Source: Parasitella parasitica NRRL 2501
Taxonomy: Eukaryota; Fungi; Mucoromycota
Reading direction: 5' to 3'
Length of the DNA: 46,079 bases
Assembly: GCA_025201805.1 (NCBI GenBank)
Contig: MU619302.1
Location: 125,893 to 171,971, forward strand
Below the pieces are notes generated by a model. That model was not told where the DNA came from, ran no database searches, and saw nothing but the letters and a program-made list of their open reading frames with translations. Below are positions 11,949 through 24,735 of this stretch, one piece after another. Every line of letters begins with the position of its first letter. Position 1 is the first letter of the stretch. The position numbers were made by a program, and so were the translations under genes.

Positions 11949-14900
11949 ATGTTTTTGGAACAGATTTGCCCGGGGCAAGTCAACTCACAACCACAGGCGA
12001 TCCATACGTTTGTGTATAAAGAGGATAGGTTTATTGTAGGCACTCTATTTTTTTTTTTTTTTTTTTTTTTTNNNNNNNNNNGTAGTTCAACATCATTTGC
12101 GTAGGTTTATGCAACTGGTTCCAAAGTAGTTATCTATGCTGACCCTGACAACCTTGTGCAAATCATTGCGGCCTCTTCTATATTCAAGCGACAGCAGCAA
12201 CAGCAGCAGCAGCAGCAGCAGCAGGAACAAGAGCATTTTGAGCCAGTAAACGCCGTTGCGGGGAATAGCAATACTGGACAAGTAAAGAAAGAATTAAGGG
12301 AGAAGGACGAGATGGATGAAACAATGAGCTAAATGTGAGATTTCTCTAGATTGCGATTTCGTACTATGCTCAAGTAGCTGTATTGAAACCCTGTCAGCGG
12401 CAAGAGCAAATAGGCTGGGAATTTGAAGCATTGCTGGATACTTCACTAGTGGTTACTTGTTTAGATTGGAGCATTCAAAGTAGGATATCTTGAAGAAGAT
12501 AAGGCAAAAAGAAGTTTAACGCTTTTTGCCGTTTTGTAGATATTTTGCTCAGTGCAGGAAAAGAGATTAAACTGTGGAAATTTGACGAAAACGAGAGTAC
12601 ATGGCGTATTACGTGCAGTAAATCACCAGCAACAGATATCACACTGGCGAAATTTGAGCCTAAATCAAACGTATTTGCAACAATGTGCAAGGTTTGTGGG
12701 GCTATCTGTATACATTTGCTGAACCTCACCATTTAAATGCGTGCATAGTTTGATCGCCTGGTTACTATTTGGTACCCAACAAAAGATGACCACGATGCTC
12801 CTGCAGCAGCACACACCGCAAGCTACAATTTCACTCTAATATCACATCCAAAATATGTCACACATTTTGTTTGGAGACGTCTACCCGGCATCAATAGCCC
12901 AGAGAATGATTGCACACTCTTTACTATGGCGTGCGATGGAATTGGCCGTTTTTGGAGCCCCACCGACTTGGATCACCCTCAGTTTTTGTACATGTGCGCA
13001 GTGATTGATTCCAATCAGTCATTGGTGACAAGTTTAGTCGATGACTCTAACCACCGCCCTCAAGACTGCAGCAGTAGTGATGATGGCGAGACTGAAGATT
13101 TCTCGCCGATTCATTACATTGGCTGCGATGAACTGAGCAGCGCAGTGCACGCTAAGTTTAGGTCTCATTCGAAACATGAGCGATTTGATCAGCGAGTCGA
13201 GAGAATACGAGAGCGCGTAAGAGACACGCCTGACCTATTGTTCCGCATACAAGCAGATGGATCACTTACATTTTGGGGCGTCCAGCATTTGAATTCTGTG
13301 CCTCGCAGAATCCCAAGAGTGTTTGTTGTATTGCGAGTGGATAAAGCGATTGATCCATTGGATGTCATTTATTTTTTGAACCCAACTCTCATATTGCATG
13401 ATTATTCGCATATTCAGTCGGCATGTAAGTCTTGATTCTTCAGAGTGGGATAGTGGTGCTAAAAGGGTTTGTGTTAGCTACAATCAAGCCAATCGAACTA
13501 TCGCTCGTCGCAAGAAACCCTCATGGCCAACTTCGATGCTACAGTCTCAACCTGATTGACTTTCTTGATTCGACCTCATTTTCGCCCAGACTGCATTTGA
13601 AGTACACCTGGCTGGGACATCAGCACTCCATTTCAAAGCTGTATCAAACACAAAAAAACAGATTTTGCACGATTGGTGTTGATGGTCAAATTAACGTCTG
13701 GAAGTATGAATTGCGAGAGGTGTGTTGCATCTACTTGAAAACAACATGGCTGTGTAAACTGACAACTTTTTTGTTTTTGTTTTTATGTTGTCTTTGCAGA
13801 CTTGTGGTAAAATGACCACACAACTGCAGCTGGATTGTTCATTATTTGTTGAATCAGAGACACTATTAGCGGCCCCAGTCGACAAAGGTATATGTGTATA
13901 AATGCAAAACTCGGACTTATAATAGGCAGGTTGCTTACAGTAGAGTAGACAAATTCCTAGCTGTGTATGATGGCAAGCATGTCAAACTGTACGAATTCGA
14001 TAACCATGATAGCCATTTGCACCATAGCATCCAATGCGACAACAAGAGTGTGTTGGAGCTGTCATCATTGCATGTGTACAACTTTGATGACCCAGAAACA
14101 GGTGAAAAATCGTTTTTGTTGATTGGCGTATCCACAACTCTGAAGCAGATCAGCACCTGGCATCTGACACCCAATAGCCTCCATCACTTGGACATTGCCT
14201 TTCGAGGCACACAAACCATGCCCTGGTCAGCTGATCCGGACGTTGTTGGCTCAGCAAGCCAATGGGCCACCAATACAGCCTCCAAACTCTTTCACCGACT
14301 AGCCGCACAAAAGAGATCAGTGTTGGCAGTATCTCTTGGGTCAGAGATTATATTTTACAGTGCCAACACGGACAGCACAGAGATTGAATGGACCGCTTTG
14401 TACAGCATTGATACTTGCCTCGTGGCGTCTAAAATTTACCAGATCAAATGCGCCCCAAGCACCGTTGCACTTGTGTCGGGCGACGATCATAAAACACTGT
14501 CGATTTGGATGGAGATGCGATCTGGCGTTGCGCCTGGCTGCATCAAGACGTTTCACTTTAATGAGCCTGTTCGTGATATTGCTTGGAATGTCACGTCGGA
14601 CGCCCAGTTTATTTTGGCGATTGCATTTCCCAGGAGTGTTGGCATTTTCGGGCAAAAACGAGCTTCGAATAATGCGAACAATGATGATATCTGGACTTGC
14701 TACACCACATTTAAAGTCGATACGTGAGTATTTTCCTGGCGATAAGGCTGCTTCATCAACACGACTAATTTTTTGCGCAGACCAGAGGATATCACTGCGT
14801 TGGCCTGGGTTGATTGCGGTGTGCTGACAGTGGCTGCTGGAAACCAGCTTCGATGCTACCTAAAATGGCTCATAGGCAATGAAACGATATCCAGCGGTAA

Positions 14901-17900
14901 ATAACACACTACTGGCAATCCCAGTGTTTGTTTATACATACTAACTCTTTTGTTATGCAGACGTCAAAGTGCATGAAAATAGACAGATTGAGCCCATGTC
15001 TAGTATATTTGATATATCGTATGAAATGAATGGACCGTTGCCATTTTACCATCCAGACCATCTCATTCATTATATCATGTGGGGCAAAATGGACCTGGTT
15101 CATGATGTTTTGATCTCGTTAAACAATTTCTTTAAGCAATTTGTAGACGACGAAGAGAATACCATCAATGAATTTCCACCTCTTTCTTTTTCCAAGATGC
15201 TGAAGCTTCAAAATGTAATTTGTAGGTGCTGTATGCTGTTTGGATATTAACCACCATCCCCCCCCTTTTTTTTTTATGTAGAATAAACCAAACAAGAGTG
15301 CAAAGCAAGAATACAATCGATTATTCAAAGAAGATGACGATGACACAGAGAATAGTAGCAAGATGTAACTATGAGGCGTATCAACACTTGGCTGTAACGG
15401 CTAATATTTTTGCATTAGTCAAGACGATAGTGATGACGGTGTTCGATTGCTAACGACAAACGAAGCCAAAAACCTTGCACATTGTCTCAAAGTAAAGGTT
15501 TTGCCTGGCTTGAATGAAAACGAAAGAACTCACCTGATTGCTATGGTGGATACCATTGTTGAGGTATGTTGGTGGGGGGGGGGGAGGAGAGGGTGGTAAA
15601 AACATAATAATAGGTGACTTGGGCTGATAACCAGAAAAGATTGCTAGCCAAGGTGAATCACTGGATGAGAATGGTGCTCGGTTCACGGCATTGCTAGAGA
15701 ACCACTTTCATTTAAACAAGTCGCTACCGCAAGATCAACGACAGATGCAGCTGGAATGTCGGGACTTTGTTTGGGCTTTGCATAGTCAATCACAGGACTT
15801 GCTGTTGGAGAGATGCATACGACTTTGCGATAATAAACTTGTATGGGAAGATGCTCGTCATTTAGGTCTTTTCGTATGGTTGCAAAAGATTGATGTTGTG
15901 GTAAAGACATTCATTACATGCACAGCGAACTATTTCTGACACTCTTGCACTATCAACTAGAGAGACCAAATGTCCAACATTGCAAGAAACATTTATCTGT
16001 CCAAATCCAGTGAATCCAGAGATCCTGTGGATTGCACGTTATTTTACTTGGCTTTGCGAAAAAAGACGCTATTAGAAGGTTTATGGAAAACCGCTTCCTC
16101 TCACAAAGAACAAGCAGCCATGAGAAAGTTTTTGGCGAATGATTTCACTGATCCTCGGTGGCAAAGAGCAGCATCAAAAAATGCATTTGCATTGCTTGGA
16201 AAGCAAAGATTTGGTAAGTTTGCAAAGCTACCACAGCTGTCCATGACTAATAGCTATGATATAGAGTACGCTGCGGCGTTCTTTTTGTTGGCTGATAAAG
16301 TAAAGGATGCTGTCAGTGTTGTCTTGAAAAATATGAAAGACTATCAACTGGCGATAGCTATCTGTCGTGTCTATGAAGGTGATGACAGCCTTCTTTTGAA
16401 AGAGATTTTGGAGAACAGCATCATTCCCATGGCAATTGAAAATAACGATAGATGGTTGATAAGCATGGCGTATTGGTTATTGGGTAAACGCCGGGAATCT
16501 GTGCGTGCGATGGTTGTTCCGTTGAGTCAATTCACTGACAAGGATATTGACACTTCTGAAGCTGATTCTGCGGCCGTCGTCCATGATCCCAATGCCTTTA
16601 TCCTGTACCATCATTTAAAAAAAACCCTCGGGCAAGACCAGAAATCCATTGTATCCTACAACATTGAATACGGATTTTCATTGCTGGTATCTAGATCTTA
16701 CGAGCGACTGGGCTGTCCCTTGTTGGCCCTGTACATCCTTACGAGATTTTACATGAAACCACCATCCGCCAATACTGAAACACCTCCACAAGAATCAAGG
16801 CTGGAGAGAGCTCAAGATTTGTTTGGCTCTCCTGGTACAACTGCTTCGCCTGCTCATGCTTCTGATATCTTTGGTAGTGATGATCTACAAAAGCCCTCTC
16901 GTGCATCTGATCTGTTTGCTGATGATGACACTGATTTGTTTGCAGAGCCGCAAAAGCCATCCTATTCTAGCAATCTCTTTGACGACGACAATGACGATTT
17001 ATTCACTACAAAGAAACCTGCGGCCTCCTCTGGGGGTTTATTTGATGATGATGAAGATGATGATAATAACCAAGATTTATATGCAAGCACAAATGTCGCA
17101 ACTGCGACAGTCTCAGAGACAGCAGATGAAGAGTGCATTGACACATCAGAGAAGGAATACGATGGTTTGGATGGCTTTAAAGCATTGCTTGTTATTCGTA
17201 TGCTCCAGGTATGTATTGGCATAGTTTGTACACAAGGCAGTACGCTCATCTATTGGTAGACGTTTTTCCATGCTGCTACTGCGTTATACAATGGATTGCA
17301 ACAACCCGATGATGCGTACGAATGCGTGTATCGCTCTCACTTTTTGAGAAATCGCCAAGCATTGCTAGATCTGGGAGAATCAGTTAAAATTCCACCAGAT
17401 ATCTTTTCGCGCTTGTTAATGGAAAAAAGCATTGAAACGGATGTGTTCCCACTGTATCTGTACATTCTCAACGAAAGCATCCCCAAAGATTTTGACGTTC
17501 ATCAGTTTTTGAGAGCGTTCAAGGTAGGATGTTTTGAGGTGAATGAAATTGCACTCATGCCTCAAGAACTCGATTACGCCACGTTGGTGTTTGTTGAAAA
17601 CTGGACCGAGTAAGTAAACATAACCGCCCCACTCTCCCCCTCCCCTTTCTCCCTTAGAATGATATGCAAGCTCACTCATAAACGTGTGGTGTTGTAGACA
17701 TGTTATCGAAACGTTTCCTATCTGGAACGATTTACGTGCTCGTTATTGCAATCCGGAAACAGCAGCTTCAACAACGCGACAAATCGCTTTGACAACATTC
17801 CTTAGTAGCATCCTCATCGCCTTGCAAGAGCGTCATTACGAAAGCTGTTGGCCGTTGATATACCATTTCAAATTCTTTTTGGAGGCGCTCGGCTCAAATG

Positions 17901-18488
17901 AAAATGATGCAGCGCTTACAAATTGCTTTGCCCAGCTGAAAAAGAACGACGCCAAGATGGTTGATATGATGGCTGATGATTTCGAAAGCTTTTCAGAAGG
18001 AAGCATGTTTGGTTTCGATATGAATGAGGAGATATACAGACCCTTGCTGGATTCAAAGGATAAATCGGTAGGGGCTTATATCTTGGAGGTGGCTACATTG
18101 AACTATGTGTCATCTGCTATCGAACATGCGATGCAATGTCAAGGAAGGCATAGCAGCTTGAGCGGTAAGTCGAGTATGCTTCCCACGCGACCATGTTCTA
18201 AACATTTGTGTAGAGCAACTGTCAGACTTTATATGGACTACGCTGCTAGATCCGGTAGCGTACAGAGTGCACTGTTTGAAGGAAAAAATCTTGCTGGAAC
18301 TAAAGGACGATCTAACCCGCCGTGAGTATGCTGGCTGTGTGCGTATCGAGATGATCTAAAGATGCGTTGAATTAGACAATGTGTTGCGACAATTCAAGAC
18401 ACTTCGACAAAAGAAATACTGGCACTCTATAAAGAGCCTTAGTTCCTTTGACAGGCTTTTACCATTTGTGAATGCGGCAGTGAGTATT

Positions 18489-18520
<32 letters not shown>

Positions 18521-20549
18521 NNNNNNNNNNGGTATGATTCAAACCATATTCCTATGCTATCTTTCAGACATCTAGTATCAATATACTAGCCGACGATCAA
18601 TTTGACCAATTCCACAGCGTGTATCATTCAGCAAGCACCGTGTATGCGTTTAGTTTGAATTCGGTAAGTCCACAAGGCCACACAACAGCAGCAAAATCTA
18701 ACCTGCATTGAAATCAGTCTACAAAAGATACAATGGCAGTGTGCCTGAAGTCTGAAATTCAAGAGATTGATCTTACTAAAGCAATGAGCAATATCGGCAC
18801 TGTAAGTTTGTCCAGACGCCAATCAAACGAGTCGTTGACTGATCATGTACAAACTGCCAGCCTTTAATTAGAACTCGATCTGCGTCATCCTCTGGCCTTG
18901 GACAGGACCATCACATAGATAGCTATCCAGATACAGAAGAGGACGACACCGATTTATCCGACAATGATCATGATTCCGTCCATACCAACACGACAGTCAA
19001 GCAAGCTGTCCGTAAGCCCTTCCCAGCAGCATCTTCATCGCGCGTCTCTGGTACCTCTACGCCCCTCATTTCACCAGCTGGAAGCCGTACATTTGACGAT
19101 CACGCCCATAAAGTACCCCAAAGCTTGAACTTGGAACATTTGCATGATTCCCTGAGAAGATCGTTGACAAAGGGATCAGATAGCGCCAGAACACCAGCGA
19201 ATACTAGTCCCGCTCCTATTGACAATGCTGAAAGAGAAAAGATGGTCAGTCCGAGACTAGGAAACACATGCCATTAAATAACACTGTCATGTAGATATCA
19301 TTAAGACGTAATGTTTCTGCAAGCTGCGCAGAAACTCATCCTCAGTACCCATTTTGTGAGTAGTGTTTTTTTATGTATATATATATATATATACATATAA
19401 ATATATATACAATATACAACTGGGATGCTTACAATGGTTTTACAGATATCACTGGATGTGAGGTCAATCATGGAGGACCCAGTGCAATCTTGTGGCAGTT
19501 TGGACAGGAGAGAGAAATAGCCAGCTATTACGGATGTCAAGGAAAGGCGACTCGTATTCACTTTGATCAATTTGGACAAAAGTTTGGCGCAGGAGATACG
19601 TCTGGTAATCTATGTTTATGGCGGTTTGATGCCCATGCGCATTCAAACAAGCCCTATTATGTAATGTTGACCTCTTGTTTTTTTTCTTTGTTTGTATGCG
19701 TCCAGATACATGAATTTAACCAAAATATTTGCTTGATTTAGACGTTGAACTGCCATGCAAAGGCAACAAGGGATTTCACATTTATCGATTCCAGCAGCCT
19801 AATTGCTACAGCAGGGACGTCTGTCACGATGGGCCGAAGGTAAAACGTGAAACTATGCCAATTATTACAGACAAAACCAACTTTGAAAAGTAGTAAACGT
19901 GATCATATATGCTTGTGGGACACATTGCTACCGCCATCAAAGGCCATGGTTTCTGGTAAGTAACATTTGCACGCAACAAGGAACGACCCCTTCCCTTGTT
20001 AATAAACAATGCACATAGCGCTGCCTGGTCACGAAAGCGGTGCATATGCAATTACATATGAGCCAAACAGTCAATTACTATTTTCAGGCGGAAAAAAGGG
20101 GGAGATAGTTGTTTCTGATTTAAGACAACGTTCCACAACAATGCATACATTCACAGCGCATCAATCTAGAATCCGATCCATCACCATAGATCCACAAACC
20201 AAATCTTTGATTACTGGGTCGATTGATGGAGAACTCAAGGTACACTCAGGTCTGATTCCTTGACAAAGTGTTTACTAATCTTGCTGCGATAGATTTGGGA
20301 TGTCAGCACATACAAACTGCGTCAGTCATTTGATATACAACCAAGAAATCGATTCCTTGCACCGACATTTAACCGAATTCCAGTGAGTGTTTTGTTTTCT
20401 GTACATGTTTGTCCTATCAAATGCCAACTATTTTTTTTTTGTATTAGCTCAAAGCATTTGGCGTAACTCAAATAGAACTCTTCAACGACGATATTTATAC
20501 ATCTGGGCCTAATGGGATTATTAAATGCAAAAGGTCTTTTGTACATTAA
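11949..20549 (+). CDS. RAV1: RAVE complex subunit Rav1 / Rabconnectin-3alpha (DMXL-like), many exons
   Basis: Starts MFLEQICPGQVN; N-terminal WD40 repeats; LPFYHPDHLIHYIMWGK; Rav1p_C core LDENGARF...DFVWALHSQSQDLLL and RDPVDCTLFYLALRKK...FLANDFTDPRWQRAASKNAFALLGKQRF; C-terminal WD40 block ending KRSFVH*. Confidence 0.92.
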
Positions 20550-20752
20550 AATGTTTCTTGATATTCTTTTTTTTTATGCAAGGGGGGCAGTGATGATTAT
20601 TTTGTCTTGTAAAAAAATAAAAAATAGGGTAGATTTTAATCATTGTTGTTACTTGAGGGGGGATATATATATATAATGTAATGATTTGGTGGCGAGTTGC
20701 TGACAATATTAATAAAAAGGAGTGAAGAATAGCACGTACAATAATTTTTTTT

Positions 20753-21042
20753 TTATATACACAGGCCCCAAATTTCCATTTCCATGCATTGAAATTCTGA
20801 TTGCAAAGCTAAACTTTCGTTGTCGAACGTAGGGCACGTAGTGCTGTATCCTTTATCGAATTTAGAGTCTAGCCAAAGACCAAATTTGCCATCTCCCCCT
20901 CCTATGGCTATGAAATCTGAACATGACAACATCATGTAGTTATTTTTTCCTGTCCATGGGAATACTTTGATTTTAGGCTGTTGTTCTTGTTGTTGATTCA
21001 ATTTCCACAAGAAGCTGTTAGAGAGCCGTGCTGTTAGTAAAT

Positions 21043-21085
<43 letters not shown>

Positions 21086-22270
21086 AGTACATACCATTCT
21101 CCTGTGCCGTAATAATGACTTTGTGATGAAAACGGGTGTGATAGATAAGCTCCAAAAATCTAAATTAATTTAGCAAAGCAATCAAGCGGTGATGACTCGG
21201 GTAACTTACCTGTTCTTTTGCATCTTTTATAGTCAAAATACATGGTCCTTCGAAATCTTTCATACGGAAATAAAGAGTTCCTAGACTGACTCCATGCTGA
21301 TCCAGGCTATACAGCAGGTCCCACTTCTGCGCAATCCTAAATCTTCTGGGAATGTAAGGACGCACCTAAGCAGATAAATTGCATTAGCACGCAAAACATG
21401 CAAATTTCAGTAGTCCTACTCACCATTTCAGCTATTGTCTTTGTTAGGACGGCAGTGTTTGCATCGTATTGGCGGCCAGTCAAGCAGATGGATGGTATAT
21501 TGTCGAATTCATCAATAGACTTTGTCTTTAAGGTTGGTATTAAGCTAGCAATGACAAGTGCATCTACTGCAGCTGATGCTGTTGTTGCTTTGGTATTTGA
21601 GAGTGAAGATATAGAGCTGTCCATAGTGCCGCTTGAACTGCTTGCAGAGGACTCGGCTGAAGACACTGACATGGCATCGTCCTCTGGCACTTTTTGTTGC
21701 TGTTGATCCCATTCCATGACGGAAGAGGATATCATACAGGGTTTGGGTGTAACAATAGTGATGGTGGTGGGCTTTCTTGGTGTGGTGGAAACGGCGGCAG
21801 AAGCAGCTGAGATTTCAGCAGAAGCATAAGCATGTAATGTAGAATGTTGATGAGATGATGTAACTGAGCTTTTAGTAATTGACGTGGTAGATTTGGATTT
21901 ATGCCATGCTTTGGGTCTTGTCGTTACCGCTGCTGGGGCTGATTTTGTTGCTGTTGTTGTTGCTGTTGCTGTTGCTGTTGTGGGCACTGTAGATGATGGA
22001 CCAGCCAAACCTGATAATTGTGCATGTCGTTTTAAAAAAAAAGTAAATTCTTTTTATATGAAATATGTGCTACATACCTAGCAATTTACGTACAAATCTC
22101 ATTATAGGAGACGCATTGCTGTGGTGGTATTTATCGTCCTCTGTGATGGAGCGATGCAATGGGAACAAGCGCTCTTTATTAGTAGTGTATGAGAACGAAT
22201 GAGAATGATGGTGATGATGGCGATGCGTAGTACTCGAAGCTGTCGCAGAAGTCGAAGAGAGTCTTTTCAT
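20753..22270 (-). CDS. OXR1: TLDc-domain oxidation resistance protein (Oxr1-like)
   Basis: WDLLYSLDQHGVSLGTLY, IFGAYLS...YYGTGECFLWK and FPWTGKNNYMMLSCSDFIAIGGGDGKFGLWLD...CPTFDNESL...MEIWG are canonical TLDc motifs; low-complexity N-terminus. Confidence 0.92.
21046..21082. repeat. (CA)n microsatellite in an OXR1 intron; similar (CA)n at ~4829-4851 and (TA)n at ~19373-19410
   Basis: Directly visible. Confidence 0.9.
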
Positions 22271-22325
22271 AATTAGTTGGGGAAAAGAAAAGAAAGTTTT
22301 TTCTTTCAAACAACCCCCAAAACTC

Positions 22326-22394
22326 CTTTATATAGTATTACATGCATTGACAAGTTATATACATATTGCTTATGGCCCTTGTTCTCCTATTTTT

Positions 22395-22454
<60 letters not shown>
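22326..22454 (-). promoter_or_regulatory. TATA box plus long poly(dA:dT) tract upstream of OXR1
   Basis: TATATAAA on the minus strand ~60 bp above the ATG at 22270; uninterrupted T run of ~57 nt at 22398-22454. Confidence 0.5.
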
Positions 22455-22729
22455 CTGTTATATCGGCTAGATGCTTCATGTATTCCATGGAGAATATGGT
22501 ACCAATCAGATCCCCTATTTCAGATCATTATAATGAATATACACCCTCGACTCCTTTTTTTATACATTATTGTCCAAAAGCATTAAAAGTTATTCTGCAA
22601 TATGTACATTTATAGACTGCAGTTACACTCAGGAAGCAAAACATACAGACACACTTGCAAATAAATAAGCAACTTTACAGAGATTGAGAGAGAAAACATC
22701 ATCATGAGGTCATTTATTTTGTTACGAGA

Positions 22730-23634
22730 ATCGAGCGCTCCATCCGTTTTAATCAATTCACTCATACCAAAGCTTCTGCTGCAAATTTCTCAAGAATGAC
22801 CCTTTCAGATGCAGGGAAGCCTTGCTGGTAAAATGATGAATTTACCACCGTCCAAGCTGAGGACATTGGAGGGTATTTGTTAAGGAACAAAAACAAATTG
22901 GTAATATCCGTCTGTCTTTTGATTGATTTCTTCCTTCACATCATGACCAGCCTGATGATCCGTAATTAACAAAGTATGGTCGTCCAAGAATACTTGCAAT
23001 GCATTTCAAATGCTACGGATCATGGCCCAAGAGACTCTGTATAGTGTAGACGGGGCACTTTTCTGAAAACACGTTGCTTAGGACATCTGCACCACGTCGG
23101 TTTTGTGCAATGTGAGAGCCCAATCAAAAGATGCTTGCCAGTGTATAGAACATCCTCTCCGTCCAAAGTAGCCTCTGGATCAATCTCATGCATATGAACA
23201 GTGTCCTTGATGACAGGAACCTAAATAAAGCAACTTTCAGTATCACTTGGTAGAAAATTCCTATATTTATACAATCAACCTCCTTTAACGCCTTTTTCGA
23301 CACCAGAGACTTCCTTACGGCGAGATTCTGAACCGAGGAAATTGACGATTGCCTCGTCCTCAACGACAACTGCAATATCCTCGACGAAACAGCAGCCTAA
23401 TTTAATTCGTCAGAATCACGGTCCGGCAGACACAATGCAGAGCAAAAGATACTTACGAGAATGTCCTTCATCAGGTGGTATCTCAATCATTTGCTCGACA
23501 GGCTCTCTGATGATACCAACATAATCTTCATGTTGCTTCTTGGCCAAACCAATGTTGAAAGGATCATACTTCTTATCAAGTGAAGTGACACAGCTAGCAA
23601 AACTAGAAGGAACGTTGCGGACAATGGCGTACAT
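22730..23634 (-). pseudogene. Dimethylarginine dimethylaminohydrolase (DDAH/amidinotransferase fold) pseudogene
   Basis: Motifs YAIVRNVPSSF, KQHEDY, CCFVEDIAVVV, SRRKEV, ATLDG(E)DVLYTG, HLK and MSELIKTDGAL are recognisable. There are +1 frameshifts (~23295, ~23103 and more), in-frame stops (23013-23015, 22880-22882), and the catalytic Cys after DGAL is absent. Confidence 0.85.
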
Positions 23635-24339
23635 TTGGCTTGTACCGTATGATGGAAGCAGAGGGAGAAAAAAAAAGTAATATGTTCTAATGGTGAGCTA
23701 TTTATTCATAATTTTCAATTTAACATAATTGATGCGTATTTGGGAAAAAGGGAAGCCTTCATTGAAGTTGAGATCGAAGGTTTTTGCTAAGGCGTTTACG
23801 CGACTTGAATAAACGACGAAGTTTCAATAGAATATAAGTAAATAATACAATGGTTCCATAGTATAATAGCGCATTGAGGTCCATGTCTGCAAATGAATTT
23901 GATCAGATTATTGCCTGTTCTTTTGTACAAGTAGAATGTAAAGGATATCGATGGAAATCTTCACATATGTGTATTACTTTTTTATAGGATTTCGAAAGCC
24001 GGCACTTCTGAGTAGTGAACAAAAACAAATCATAAAATTCAAATGAACCGTAATATTTTAAATGAAGAAAACCATGCCATTAAAAGAAGCAACCTATTTT
24101 CTCGGGACAACTTGTCTCGCTTGATTCCCAACTTGGGCTTTTCAAAAGATTGAACTTAGCAAGGTTGCTTCACTTCTTTGCAACCAAAGACCCTCCGAAT
24201 CATCAGCAATCAAACTTGATACCTTGAGCCAATCTTGCTCCCGAAATTGCCCCTTTTCCTGTTCTCGACAGCAGAAGAAGTTACCATGATTGCTTTTTTT
24301 TTTTTTTTTTTTTTTTGAGTATAGCATCTTTCTTCTTCC

Positions 24340-24735
24340 TAATGTTAATTGTTACAGTCGGTACATCAAGTATAAAAAAAGAAAGTAGCCTGGTAGTATC
24401 ATGTCTGTAAAAAGAGCTGCAAAGCTTTATCAACTGATACTCTATATAAACTCTAATTGTCGTAAATCTGGACATAAATCTTATAAGTTCGTTTAAATGT
24501 CAATAATATAGTGCTACTAAGCAAGACGTATTTAAAGAAAACTTGGGTCAATATTTGAAAAGACTAATCCAAGGCCCCGCTTGTTGCGCTCGGGAATAAT
24601 ATGTTCAGAAGGGACATGGTCAAGATGAAAGGACTACGTTGCGGTGTAACTGGTATAATGTGGCGTTGCCTTGAAAGAAGGAGAAGCTATTGAGGATCTT
24701 CTTGTCTTAGAAATTGACGAATACTGTATCCAAGT
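24340..24735 (+). mobile_element. Degenerate Fanzor1 (eukaryotic TnpB-like RNA-guided nuclease) fragment, RuvC-II region
   Basis: 24568-24724 translates as SKAPLVALGNNMFRRDMVKMKGLRCGVTGIMWR/(+1)ALKEGEAIEDLLVLEIDEY. This matches the pattern P-x-x-x-FG-x-GMFGKD-x-VKLKG-x-RCGV-x-G-x-LWRALK...IDEY-x-TS that I recall from Mucorales Fanzor1. An upstream GT-x-KYKKRK-like remnant is also present. Confidence 0.65.
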
